Assembly (NCBI GenBank): GCA_000320545.1 | Contig: ADNK01002608.1 | Span: 1-64,000 of the forward strand | DNA: 64,000 nucleotides | Reading direction: 5' to 3' | Source: Bigelowiella natans CCMP2755 | Taxonomy: Eukaryota > Protista > Cercozoa | In this document: piece after piece, positions 27,620-40,017 of the stretch | How the letters are laid out: each line of letters begins with the position of its first letter | Position numbering within the stretch: position 1 is the stretch's first letter | Notes under the pieces: model-generated | Database searches by the model: none | What the model was told of the DNA's origin: nothing | Seen by the model: the letters and a program-made list of their open reading frames with translations, nothing else | Program-made: the position numbers and the translations under genes

Positions 27620-28075
27620 GAAAAACTGCACTTCCAAAGTGTGGCAAGACACTTGCAATGTGCGAAGTGCAGTGCCTCGAACTGGCTTCAGTGGGGACTG
27701 ACCAGCAAACTAGCGGGGTTCGTGCAAATTGGCACGAACTGAACGTTGAGTGCATCACAACCAGCAGCCAAGTCTGGAAGTGACGACGACTTGTGCATTG
27801 CTGTGTCCATTACACGTAAAGCATCCATCCTGAGCAGGAACTTCCTGACAGCCACGTCCACACGGAGATCAACGTTGGGGACATCCGAGGGGGCGCCGAG
27901 CAAGACTCTGGTCTTGACAGAGTCAGGGGCATCAAAAAATGAAGAGCAAGCAGGAGATCCAGAGCTGCTCTGATGCCGAAGAAACTAGGAAAGGAAGAAA
28001 GAAATGGATGCAAAATGTCGAAATCCATGTCGTTTTCATGGTGCGACTTCGGGAACAAAACCACCTCTTAGCTAG
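27620..28075 (-). mobile_element. Degenerate 5'-truncated non-LTR retrotransposon 3' end (probable)
   Basis: Minus strand reads FPKSHHENDMDFDILHPFLSSFPSFFGIRAALDLLL (decayed Cx2C..H..CP knuckle-like) and, after a frameshift, KTRVLLGAPSDVPNVDLRVDVAVRKFLLRMDALR, resembling LINE ORF2 C-termini. It is followed by a 52-nt motif repeated at 20250. Confidence 0.5.
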
Positions 28076-28828
28076 ATTATTTCATGCTCTAATTTTGCTC
28101 CTCCTCCTCGCTGCGTACTGGATCTACTACTTAGGAGGAGAACGCATTGCAGAACACAGAGTAGCCCTGCTCGGGAGTGGACGTCGTGTCCCCAAAACCT
28201 CGTCTCAGGTTTTCCTTGATGACAGATTCAAAGGGGAGTGCAACTTTCTCGGCAGCGGATAGTGACGGGTGAGTGACACTCCTTGCAGCATGTGTGTTGC
28301 AATTTCATGAATTGATATGTGGAAGATGTAGAATTAGTCAACTTCGTGTGCAACAACAGGCATCTGTTCTCGGAGTCAGATGAAGGAGGAGACGAGCTTC
28401 TTCGAATCATTAAGTACCTAACATCTTCTTTAAGCTGGTTACGATTCCGATTACAACTACTTGGTGATCATCTTTAGGGGATTTGGAAATGATTTTAAGC
28501 AATCTTTAAGGTCATTGAAAGTTAGATTTAATCAAAAAAATGTTGTCGTTCCAAACCCACAAATCATGATGATGTCTTTCTTCTACTTTTAATATGCAGC
28601 GCCGAGGTACACGATCCTTCCCTCGAGGCGCTCAACGACTTTCCTTGCTGCAAAGGATACTTGTAATACTACACACAATTAAAGACGCAATTTTATTGAT
28701 ATCCTGCATACTGATGGGATTAATACCAACATAATGTTGTTACACGCAGGTCAAAAGATCCACGTAAGACTGAATGCCTGCTACTGGCAAGCCTGGGGTT
28801 GTATTTCCTATCGTTTTATATCTTGTAG

Positions 28829-30164
28829 GTGGGAAGAAGTGCTCGTTTTAACAATTCCGATGTATCAGATATCTTGAGACTGCGAGGAATCTTCTCCTAT
28901 GGAGTCACCATTTCATCTCGCTGGTACACTATAAAAAGGATAGAGAGAGGGATTGAGTTTTAGTGCCTAATGTATCGACATCGACTAAGCAATTCTCTCC
29001 TAATTGATCAGGTGATTTTAAGCAGCTCTGTGTCTCTCCCCGCAGCAGCTTCAGCATCCTTCGCTACATTGCTGATGATGACAGTGTATCTTCCTCTTCG
29101 ACGTGGCTTGCCTTCTGTATTGAGGTTGGCGTTAGAAGAGGCCTCCTTAAATAATGGAGGGAACGAAGAAAGGGACATGTGGCTTCGTGGTGCGGTTATT
29201 GTGGCGTTTCCATGGCTCCTATTTGTGTCGTTTGTGTGGGGTTTGGGGGTGGGGCCGATGGCCTCTGCATTTTCTAGCTCTGGTCGAAACGTAGCAGAAG
29301 TTTCTCGGTAAGTAGTCGCTTGGAAGCACAGCTTATCACCATAAGTTTGTTTTTTTCGCGCCAACGCACATCCCGCTATTCCTTCTATTTAAGTTGCATA
29401 ATCAGCATCTTGACAACCACCTCATATCATTATCCATACCTAATAATAGCTCTGATGGGAATAATCTGCTGTATTGGTCTCATGATCCATCAATTAATCG
29501 TGCGCTACCTTTTGCTATGGAAGCGCTTGTAAAAGTTTTGTGCTCTTTCGTTAGTGTGTGTGTGTGTGTGTGGTGTTATACGATGTTCATTCGATATATC
29601 TGTTTCTCAAAGATTTGCCCATTTCTCTGTCGGGTGGGTTTGGCTGGAAGTATTTCTCGATATTCTACGAACCTATCTGTATGCTCGGGTATAGTAATTA
29701 TTAACAACGACAACAACGAGTGCTAATAGTGCTGCTCCTTATTGCTGCTACTGATGATGATATTCAAACTGCTGCCTCCTCATCTCCTCACCTTCTGGAG
29801 AGTTCTACAAGAGATGGATGATAGTAGTAGCCACCGTTAGTTGATCAGCATGGCTGTTGCTGTGCAATGAATACCTGTTTATGTACTCGCAACATTGGTA
29901 CAATTGTTCTGTATTCTCTTCCCTTCTTCTTTCTTTCTCGGTGTTCCCATCATCCGTTCATCATCATCATCATTACCCTCATATTGTTATCATTTCTCTT
30001 ATTTAGCGCGTTTATGGTCTGCGTGTGGGTGATGTTATTATAAATGGTATCACGACCCCGCTTCTAGCCCTGGGATTCGTTATCCACGGACATGGCATAG
30101 TTAGCTTGCCTCTCTCCATATCTGTGGCAAATGTATGTATGTATGTATGTATGTATGTAGTATG

Positions 30165-30197
<33 letters not shown>

Positions 30198-30937
30198 GCG
30201 TGAGTGCATACATGCTAAGAATGTCGTCTTACAGATGACAGTATAGGATATTTCGAAATGCATTTATATCGTGGAAACTATGGCGTTTGCGGTTGTGTTT
30301 TGTAATGTTTGTAATCCCCCCCCCCTTTCCCTTCTTCCCTCTTTGATCACAATTGAACTCCTTCCTTTCATCAGACACTACGACTAGTAATTCTTCTTGT
30401 CGGTGCAGCTTTTACGGGGAAGTTGCCATCTCTGATCTCCTCACCCTATGTTCTTGTGCATATGGGGGGGGGTGGGGCTAGTGGACGACGACGAATGTTA
30501 TTTAGACGAGGGGTGAGAGGAAGAATGGCTCATGACCACCATTCACTGATCAATAGCAATGCTGCATTCGATGACAGCAGTTCTGAGGTTGGTGCACCTT
30601 TCTTTCTATCATATCTTGCATTTTTATTAATAATGTCGATCATTTTCCTAAAATGGTGAAGTACATTATGATGTGTCAACAATGAAATGGATAGGAGGCT
30701 GAATATGGGGTTCGGAGCGTGAAAGAGGCAGTATGGCGCCTAGGGAAAGCTGCGATCATCGACGGTTTTACACGCAGCACGTGGAGGACCCATAGTCCCT
30801 TCGTCATCCGTAAGAAGAATAAATAAATAAATAATATGATTTGACTAATTCTCATTAGGAGGGTTTATATGTTTTATCATCTTGTGCTTTTGGTTCGTTC
30901 TCCTTACAACTCTTTACTGCTACCACCACCACTACTG

Positions 30938-30972
<35 letters not shown>

Positions 30973-32093
30973 GATTCTTTGCGCAACAACAACACACAAT
31001 ATGATGATAACTATGGTGCAGTGGGCATTATGGCATGGAAGCTTGGCGATGCAGAAATGGCCGCATTTGGCCTTCTCCTGAGTGGCACCTACACGCTCCT
31101 AGCGATATCGAATCACCCTGGACTCTCAAAAGCGACTGAGAACCGCATAAGGTAATAGCTGTAGTAGTAGTAGTAGTTGACTACGAGTTGAGCACTAGTA
31201 GCAATAAAATGAGACAACAAATACCTGAGTAATACTACAACCAATAAAAGAATTACACTACAGATTTGTGCATGCTTCTTCTTTATCATCATCATCATCA
31301 TCATCATCATCATTATTGTTTTCTTCTTCTTCCATATTCAGACATTACAATAGACGCGCACAACCAGGTTTCACAGTGGGGGCCATACGTTCAGCATTTA
31401 TCATGGCTGGTGGAGGTGCTGCATGCTTAGCGATTCTGGCCGCTATCGTTACTACCGCAGCCGAGCGACCACAGCAAGAGAATGGCAGCACTGATAGTAT
31501 TGCCAATAAGTTTCGGAAAGCTCTCGAAACATCTTCTTGGGCTGCAGCAGGGTGAGGAGGAGGAAGTAGAATGTGTAAGGAATGTAAAATAATACGTGTT
31601 GTGAATGGTGGTGAAGATAATGAAGAAGAAGAAGAAGATGATGATGTTGATCTCACTCTTTCCTCTCTCTACTCCATCTCCCCTTTCCCCCCCGCCAAGC
31701 TACGTCGTTTGCTCGGCAGTATTGGGAGTCCTGAGGGGATATTTAAAGGTAGCAGTACAAGTAGTGCTGACCACCTCTTTCATGTTCTTGACCTAGTAAT
31801 CTGTAAAAGTACATATTTTCGTCAACATGTATATTTTTCCTGCATCAAATTTTATTTTATGTATATGGATATAATGGCGTGTGACCGTTTCCGTGTCGAT
31901 GTCCACGCTTTTTGCATGTTCTTGTCCTTGTGGCGCTCGCATCAAATGTTACGCTGAATAAATAAAAATCCACCCAACAGGCGACAGATCATCATTCATT
32001 CTCAATTGCGGCATTCAATGGTCCGACGATTATTTCCATACCCGTCAGCTACGCTCTCGGCCTTCATTTAAATTGGGGTGTTGCAGGCATCTG

Positions 32094-32124
<31 letters not shown>

Positions 32125-32316
32125 CTGCTGTTGTAGTATTAGCCATTTACACTATTTTCGAATACGAACGTCGCACTTCCTCACACCCGATTATCTTGTA
32201 ATCATTCCTTCACAATTATTGACCTGTGCCAATACTGCTTTGGCTGTTGTCTCTGTGATTACTACTCCTCCTGCTACCACTACTAATGCTGCTACTACCT
32301 CTAAAAGACCCACCTG

Positions 32317-32349
<33 letters not shown>

Positions 32350-32491
32350 TTACTACATCCTCGTCTGCTACTACTTCCTACCATAACAAACTATCTCCTA
32401 CAGGGTTGGGATGTTTCTCGGTGTTGCAGTAGCAATGGCAATTTGCACAGTAATGACCCTGTTAACGATAAGTGCCCCTACTTCTGGATGA
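28829..32491 (+). CDS. Divergent MATE (MOP superfamily) transporter; further 5' exons probably back to ~28130
   Basis: SLPAAASASFATLLMMTVYLPLRRGLPSVL in the N-half and VCSAVLGVLRGYLKATDHHSFSIAAFNGPTIISIPVSYALGLHLNWGVAGIWVGMFLG in the C-half match MATE repeat signatures. Confidence 0.65.
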
Positions 32492-33122
32492 CAAGCGGAC
32501 GCGCTACTTGCTGTGCACATCTAGATATGTGATGTCTAATGCTGAAGGCACTGTGTACCTAGTCACTCTAAATTAACTTTATTTACTACGCCTACACTGA
32601 TGCATATACGCTCATGCATCATAGCAGCTTTAGCAGTGATCTAGACGTTTTCACATGACAGTAGAAATGAAGCTAGCAACAGTCTCGATCGACGCATTTG
32701 CTGGTGTTCTGTCTAGCCCAGTCTAGCATTGCTAGCTATATGCCTAGTGTTCGCACACTATGCGTACACACACATCTAGATCTGCTACACCACAGGCGCG
32801 CAGTGCTAGTGTGGCTGTTTCTAGAACAATGGTCACATTGTGGCTAATTCAGAGCGCACATATGGTTAGCAAAGTTACACGCTGCATGTAAGAAGATTTC
32901 GTAGCTAGCTAATAATAGAAGTCTGGAAGCGTCCAGATAAATAATTCATAGTTTCTTGCACATCATGTGCATATATCTAGACATGCACTCGTGCGGGACG
33001 CCATCTTTGACAACAATGCTTGTTGAATGCAGAAAAATACTGCATCAATCATTATGTTGCGAGTGTGACTGCAGGCGGCATGGTAGATATGTACACACTG
33101 TCGTCGATCGGCGGGTGTATTA

Positions 33123-33559
33123 CTACATCAGGAATCGGATCAAGATCCAAAGAGCTGATGTACAATTGAACAAATGCAGTAGTAGTAAGTGACGGAGAGG
33201 GAGTATACGCAAGTATATAGTGAATGATCCTCTCCTTGTCTCTTCCAAAAAAACTATAATACTCCTAAATTGGGAAGCTTCAAATTCCTCATTTGTGCAT
33301 GAAATAAATTACTTCTACTACTACTCGACATGTGAGTTTTTAAGTGGTATACCTAAGCCAGCGCCGCCAAGTCCTGGCCCACTGAAGAGACGGGACAGCC
33401 CTAAGTTGTTCTGAAATTCCTGGAATAAAACAACAATCAAACGGTGAGGAGGAGGAGGAGGAGGAGGGGGAGAAAGAAGAGAAAAAAGAGAAAAAAGAGG
33501 CGAGTCAAGGAAAAAAGAGGTAGAATTAGAGCAGGATCCATGATACATACATACATAAA

Positions 33560-33602
<43 letters not shown>

Positions 33603-34206
33603 CAGCTACTACCTTTATGATGGCCATAGTTTTCTTTTCAGCCTCTTCTCTAGTACCTGTATTCCAAACGACCTAATACACATGCAGCCAGCACAAGAAG
33701 AATAAGAAGAAGACCGAGATAAGGAGTAGGATGAGGATTTACTATCCGATATTCTGTCTCTTGCTCACCCAATGTTCTTCCTCCTCCCCCTTCTCCCCCA
33801 ATCTCCCTGTCGTCCAAGCAAGGAGGAGGAGAACGATGATTAAGTAGCAGCACGTACCTTCTCTGCCATTTCTACTTTAGACGAAACTGGCATTTGTGCC
33901 GATATGCGGGCCTTGGCATCCTTCATTCGTTATGATAATAAATAAATAAATATAATATATATATATATTAATATATATAAATATATATATATTTATAACA
34001 ACACCAACAACAACAGTACGACGGCAGCAGCAGCAGCAGCAAAATGATGGAAAGAAACCAACCATTAGTGAGGAAGGAAAATCAGTAGTAGCTGAAAAGA
34101 AGTTTTTAGTTTCTCTCCGCTACTGATACTGGTTCTTCTCCATACCTTCTCTGCCGATTTGTCTCGAGCCATTAGCCATTCCAATTGCTTCTCTGAGCAC
34201 CATCAC

Positions 34207-34240
<34 letters not shown>

Positions 34241-34480
34241 TCGATTAGCGTGAGTATGCATCATCTACTAGAAGCACTACGAGTGCAACAACCACTACTC
34301 CTCCACTATTACTAAGCTGAGCATCGTCATTAAATTATTGTTTATTGCTAGGAGTTGATGTTGTGGATTGACTGATTACATCTGAAGATTTAGTGGTGGC
34401 AATCAATATGTGGTCGATGTGTATATGATCCATATGATGATGAATCTTCTTCTTTCTTTTTTACTCAACATCATCAATGG

Positions 34481-34513
<33 letters not shown>

Positions 34514-35862
34514 CTTCTGTCGTAGCAACCACAATCACTGAATGGCAGACCGGAAGTAAACTCTTTGTCTCGTACTATGTCGCCAACCCAATAAAGGCAG
34601 TAGTGTGCATCAGATGGAGAGGAGGAATTCAATCAAAATTCGATGATGGTGATGACCAATATCCTTAGAAGTAGTAGAGATCTTTGAGGATGATCTAGGA
34701 TGCAAGGTAGCTACGACTACTACTACTACTACTACTACTACTACCACTACTTGATGAAACTAACACCACCACCACTCAACTAACATCATCACCATTCAAA
34801 ACAACATATAGTCGTCCCCTCTCCTAATAATAGAAGCTACTACTACTTCTACTACCAGTGTGGGGGCATCAATGACGACCTGATTGAAGACAAAAAAACC
34901 AAACAAAGCAGGACACAAGGAATCAAACCTTCTTCAGAAGATGTACGAAACCCTCAGCTTAGCGCTGGTGCAAAGACGAGGCTGTTGAAAGGAAGTAGAA
35001 AAATTGCTTTGCTCGTCCTTTAACCCACCCCCTAATTATATACATCTTCTTTCCACTCATTACTAGCGGAGTGCCGACTATGAAATGTGAGAATAGGCTC
35101 CAGATTATTGTTTGCGTTATCCTCTAAAAGTAATGATAAATCATGGTGAGCCGGTGATGCTTATTATATGAGTGAATTAGCTTAACGATTGAACCACCAT
35201 ATTTACTGAAATATATCAGAATTTCGATTTGGCATCAAAATGTTCCCTTTTCTACATTCATTCAGAATTTGTCGAGGTGAGCACCGGAATTGTGATCTTA
35301 TTGAGCTTTCGTCGCTGTTCTTTATCATTGAAGATGATCTTACCTAATCCCTTCCTATCCAACGACCCATCAGCCTGGAAGAAAGAAAGTAGCATCGGTG
35401 AATGAACTACTACAATTGCTAATTAAAATAACGACAATGATGACACCTGCAGAACATCCTTGCCAAATTCTTTTACGATTGCGTTGAGTCCCGAACTTCC
35501 TGGCTGGACAATCTAATATTGGGAAGAAGAAGACATAGCATTATACTATGGCTGGACAATATAATATTGTGGAGAAGAAAAAAAAGACACAGCATTATTC
35601 CATCAAATGGCACGTCACAAAACTCACACACAAAGATCATTAGGATGGTATCATTTGGTATACTTAGTGCCGCCCTCCCCCTTGCTACCTGTCTGGCAAT
35701 CTTATCGCAGTCAATTACAGGAACTCCAGAGCGTTCGATGACTTTAACGACTGTGGACTTCCCACACGAGATCCCACCCTAACACCACCGTACTTGCTAC
35801 ATAAAAATTTCTTAAGATGAAAATGTGATGGGAGGTCAAACCGTAAGACCGAGGACTCTCAT
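33123..35862 (-). CDS. coaE: Dephospho-CoA kinase (CoaE/DCAKD-like) with C-terminal hydrophobic tail
   Basis: MRVLGLTGGISCGKST (P-loop)..VIDCDKIARQIVQPG..DGSLDRKGLGKIIFND..VVIDAPTLYET..QLEWLMARD..DAKARISAQMP..VVWNTGTREE..GLALWILIRFLM*. An N-terminal extension is possible. Confidence 0.92.
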
Positions 35863-36240
35863 ATAATGACTGTATCAATCCTGAGGAGAGTACACATAAT
35901 AAATATTCCTTATTCTTTTCAAACTTAGGTAGGAAGGGGGGGGGACCTGATAATCAATGGTCTTTCGGAAGTGTCGTCAAAGTGGCTTTTGTTGTTGTTG
36001 TTGTTCTTCTTCTTCTTCTTCTTCTTCTTTTATGACCATATTAAATACGAACAATATCGTAGAATTTTGGGTTCAGCAGCATCAGAGCAGCGTCTCTTGT
36101 TGTCCAAATTTCTAAACTTTTGCAATGTCCTTTATGAGGCAACATCCGCCATAAAAATGACTTCAGTGAATGAACATAGCTGGGCAGCCAAGGATGCGAC
36201 TAGCACAAAAAACTAACTGATAAAGACCTAACTAAGACTA

Positions 36241-36308
36241 CACACAAACAACACAAACAACACAAACAACACAAACAACACAAACAACACAAACAACACA
36301 AACAACAC
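36241..36308. repeat. 10-bp tandem repeat (ACACAAACAA)n
   Basis: About 6-7 direct copies visible. Confidence 0.9.
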
Positions 36309-36673
36309 ATCTATCCATCCATCCATCCTACCTAGTGGGGAACGGAGAAACCAGCTAGGCGGTCGGCGGTGAGAGACAGCTGTGGTGGGTTGTGATGATG
36401 ACGAAGAAGAAGAAGAAGAAGATGATGATGATAAGAGTGAAGCAGATCCATGACGACATTGTGGTCGTGAGGAGAATGATAATGATAAATTGTGATCATC
36501 ACAACGATGATTAGGGATGAGGATATTTGATGTCAGGGTGATGATTGGTGTTGATCGGTATACAATGGATGAGAATGCTGAAGAATTTATTTTTAAAAAA
36601 CTATTCGATGATCCAGGAGGGCTTATTGAGTTAATTTCGTTTGTTGTTGAAAGGTGAGATAGGAAAGAAGCTG

Positions 36674-37364
36674 ATGCTGCGGCAGCTTCTGTTGCTCTCG
36701 ACGAGCGGAATCAAGCTCTATTCCAAAATCTTCATAGGGGAGGAGACTAAACAACTTTCGGGGCTTATCACTGCTATGCTTGACTTCTGTGAGAAGAAAA
36801 CTGGGCTTCCAATGTCCTACGTAGAGATGGCAAGAAGTAAATTCGCAAAACCCCACAGCATCGTATGAGAACAACCATGAGAATCTATTTCCATCATTCG
36901 TTCCCCTCTAGTATCCGCCCTGTAGTTACTAAATTCGAAATCTCTTTCCACCAGTCGGCGTCGCTATTGCGAAGGACACACGCCGGAAGTTGATATGTTG
37001 CCTGATCATCGATAAGCAAGATGGCCGAGAGTTTGGGCGTCTCATTGCACAAATGATGCTGGAAGAGGTATCCTGCTCACCTGTAAACATGATACAGCCT
37101 TTGTTACTACTATTAATTTTGCAACAATTGAAGCGGGAAGTCTGATAGCTATCAGCAACGGCCCTTTTGTTTTGCAGGATTAGCATAGATCACTGTTTTT
37201 TCCTTCTCTACTAACAATACCTGTCCAGTCCTTTCTTTTCTTCTTACGTATGTTCTTATCATTATCATCATTATATTATTACTGTTGTGATAACATTTAG
37301 TTTGTGAAGATGTATCCAAACGCAAGGCATACAGACGATTTCTCAGGATTCAACACTAAGGTAG

Positions 37365-37398
<34 letters not shown>

Positions 37399-38622
37399 GC
37401 TAGATAGCGGAAGAACAGATCGGGTGAAAGGCTAAATGTAATAATAGCGATGGAGTGGTGGAATGTTGTTGGTGCATAGTCGTAAAATGTTAGTACAGAT
37501 TTGTGACCTACATGAGGTGTCACTACTACTCAGATCTCAGAGGTCATCTGGGATAGTAATAATAATATCACACTACTACTCAGATCTCAGAGGTCATCTG
37601 GGGATCAATCCACCCAATTCTGGATACTTTGATAGAAAAACATCGTGGCGTGCAGGTGATGATGATGATGATGATATTATTGTTTATTCCATTTTACCTC
37701 CTCTTGTGCATGACCAATGTTTGACCAACATTCTCATTTCACCTTTTTATATCGTTTTTAGTTGGCGCTTCTTACAAGTGGTGATTCGATCAAGCATGCG
37801 ACACACCAAATTGACAAATTAGGTTAATTGAAGAAGAAGAAGAAGAAGAGAAGGAAGAGAGGAGAGAGATTTTCAATTTTGAAGCTGAGTAGTGTAATTT
37901 TTCCCACTAGCTTGTCAAAAATGATGAAGTAGTAGTAGTAGTAGTAATAGTAGTAGTAGTTCCAATGAGTAGTCGAATTGATGATGCCCCTCCCCTTATT
38001 TTACTACCAATAAGTAGTCAATTGATGATGTCCCCCCCCTATTTTACTGCTACACATTGATGGTTGGATACTAGTTCTGGTCAACCTCATGACCTCCTCC
38101 TGTGAATAACACCCATAACCTGATTTACTACATTCAGGGCTACTAGCCAACCTGCAGGCACTTTTGCGTGTCGCAACGAACATCATGGCAAGTCAGAACG
38201 ATTTACCGCTCAGCATGGAAATAAAGGTGGGAGGAGTCAGATATTGGCGATGCTGCTGCTGCTGCTGCTGATGATGATGATGGTGATGATTCCCACCTAC
38301 ACCAACCTGCTGCCATAAATGAAGAAGAAGAAGAAGGGTAGGAGGAGACTCAAATTACTGCAAACAAAAACACACAAGCACACACCCTCACAGTCAGGCG
38401 CTCGCATACCAGTGAATGTACATGAGTATGTGTTTGTATAGATAAATTATAATTTTAAGTTTGATATTGAAATATTCTTTGCTCATTCTCTGATTATTCC
38501 TCATGTCCAGGGTCAAAAGAATCGTGTGATAATATCAAGAATAGAGAGGACGACATTCATTGTTGCTTGTCGCAACTCGATCGAAGAACGACAGACAAAT
38601 TTAAAGGTGACGATTGTTGTGT

Positions 38623-38669
<47 letters not shown>

Positions 38670-38870
38670 ATGTGTGTGCGTGTGTGTGTGTGTTTTCGCG
38701 CGCGCACGCACGCGCGTGGGTGTATTTTTGTAAACATATTAAAAAAATTAAGACCAAACTCCAAAGTTTCTACTGTTTCGATTATTGTTAAGGTTGAAGC
38801 CACTGCCAAGCTTTTAAAAACAGTTTTAGTGATTGGATCAAACATTCAAGACCTTTGGAAGATTCGGTAG
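36674..38870 (+). CDS. Conserved-looking hypothetical protein with N-terminal longin-like fold
   Basis: MLRQLLLLSTSGIKLYSKIF..LSGLITAMLDFCEKKTGLPMSYVEM..LICCLIIDKQDGREFGRLIAQMMLEEFVKMY..FSGFNTKISEVI fits the longin beta-beta-alpha-beta-beta-beta-alpha pattern. Clean GT-AG exon chain to TAG at 38868-38870. Confidence 0.7.
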
Positions 38871-40017
38871 AAGAACATAGATCATGACGTTGCTGCTGTG
38901 CCGGAGTAGATGCTAGAATGTACTTGCCTGCTAAACCCCCATGATTCTTTGGAGGAGACTAGTGCACTATCAGATTGTGGACACTAGTTTTTGCACGCAT
39001 TTAAATATGCTGACATGGCAGCGAAGATTATAGTTAGTTTCTAATATAAGAGAGGTCATCGAACCCCAGTAATATTACAATCATGCGTTTTCATAGCTAT
39101 TGCAAAATCTCAAACTTCCATTAGAGAAAGTCGCAAAAGGTGAATTTATTGTTTAAGCCTGGAGCTGCGTGCTCTTCGTTCTGTAAAGTGTATGTGTGCC
39201 ACAACGCAGTCGCTTGCTTACTCTATGCACCCGCAACCTTATAAGCAATTGCGGCGTAGAAAAAAGACTGGCTTACACTTGCTTGTTTTTTCATCGCCGT
39301 TCACTTACCCACAGAACTGGTGGTACTGCAGCTAGAATAGTTGCAACAATATCGCATCGTCAGCATCGCCTGTGCTGGGTATGTGACTATATATTTGGCA
39401 ATATCTAGAATGTGAAAAGATCCCGCTTTACTGTCTAGTTGTGGTGGTGTGCTGCCGTGCTGCGAATTGCTGCCATGCTAGCATTATGCCTGTAGTATGT
39501 ACTATGCACACCGCATTGCAATATTACAGTAAATCAACAGAGGAGCATGGGATGATGTAGCGTGTCCATGTAGTGCGCACGGTCATGCAGCAACACAAAT
39601 GAGGTGAGGAAACCATATAGATATAGGTCGATACATATATGTGCATTGTAGCTACGTTACGAGAACTGTATTGCCGGTACTGTATTGCCGGTATTGCCGG
39701 TATTGCCCTTATAAGGATAAAATAACCAGCTAAGCAAAACAAGTAGTGTACTTTAATATCTACCGGTCAGCACATACTAGTAGCATGTATCGTGCTCATA
39801 ACGTAGCTGTACTAAATTATCGTCGCATAATTGTAGATCAATAGTAGGCGCTAGCTTTTATGCACCAACTGTACGTGTTTCTAATCCTTATGTATGCACT
39901 CATCCGCTGCCACGCTTGTGCATGACAGCAAGTACTACGAAAACGTGTACCCGTTATTTGTTTATCATATATCGCTAATTCGAAATGTGAGTGATAGAAT
40001 TTTGATGAGTCACTACA

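Noticed and set aside
29008-29364. 118-aa minus-strand ORF
   Set aside because: It lies antisense to MATE exons on the plus strand and has no recognisable motif.
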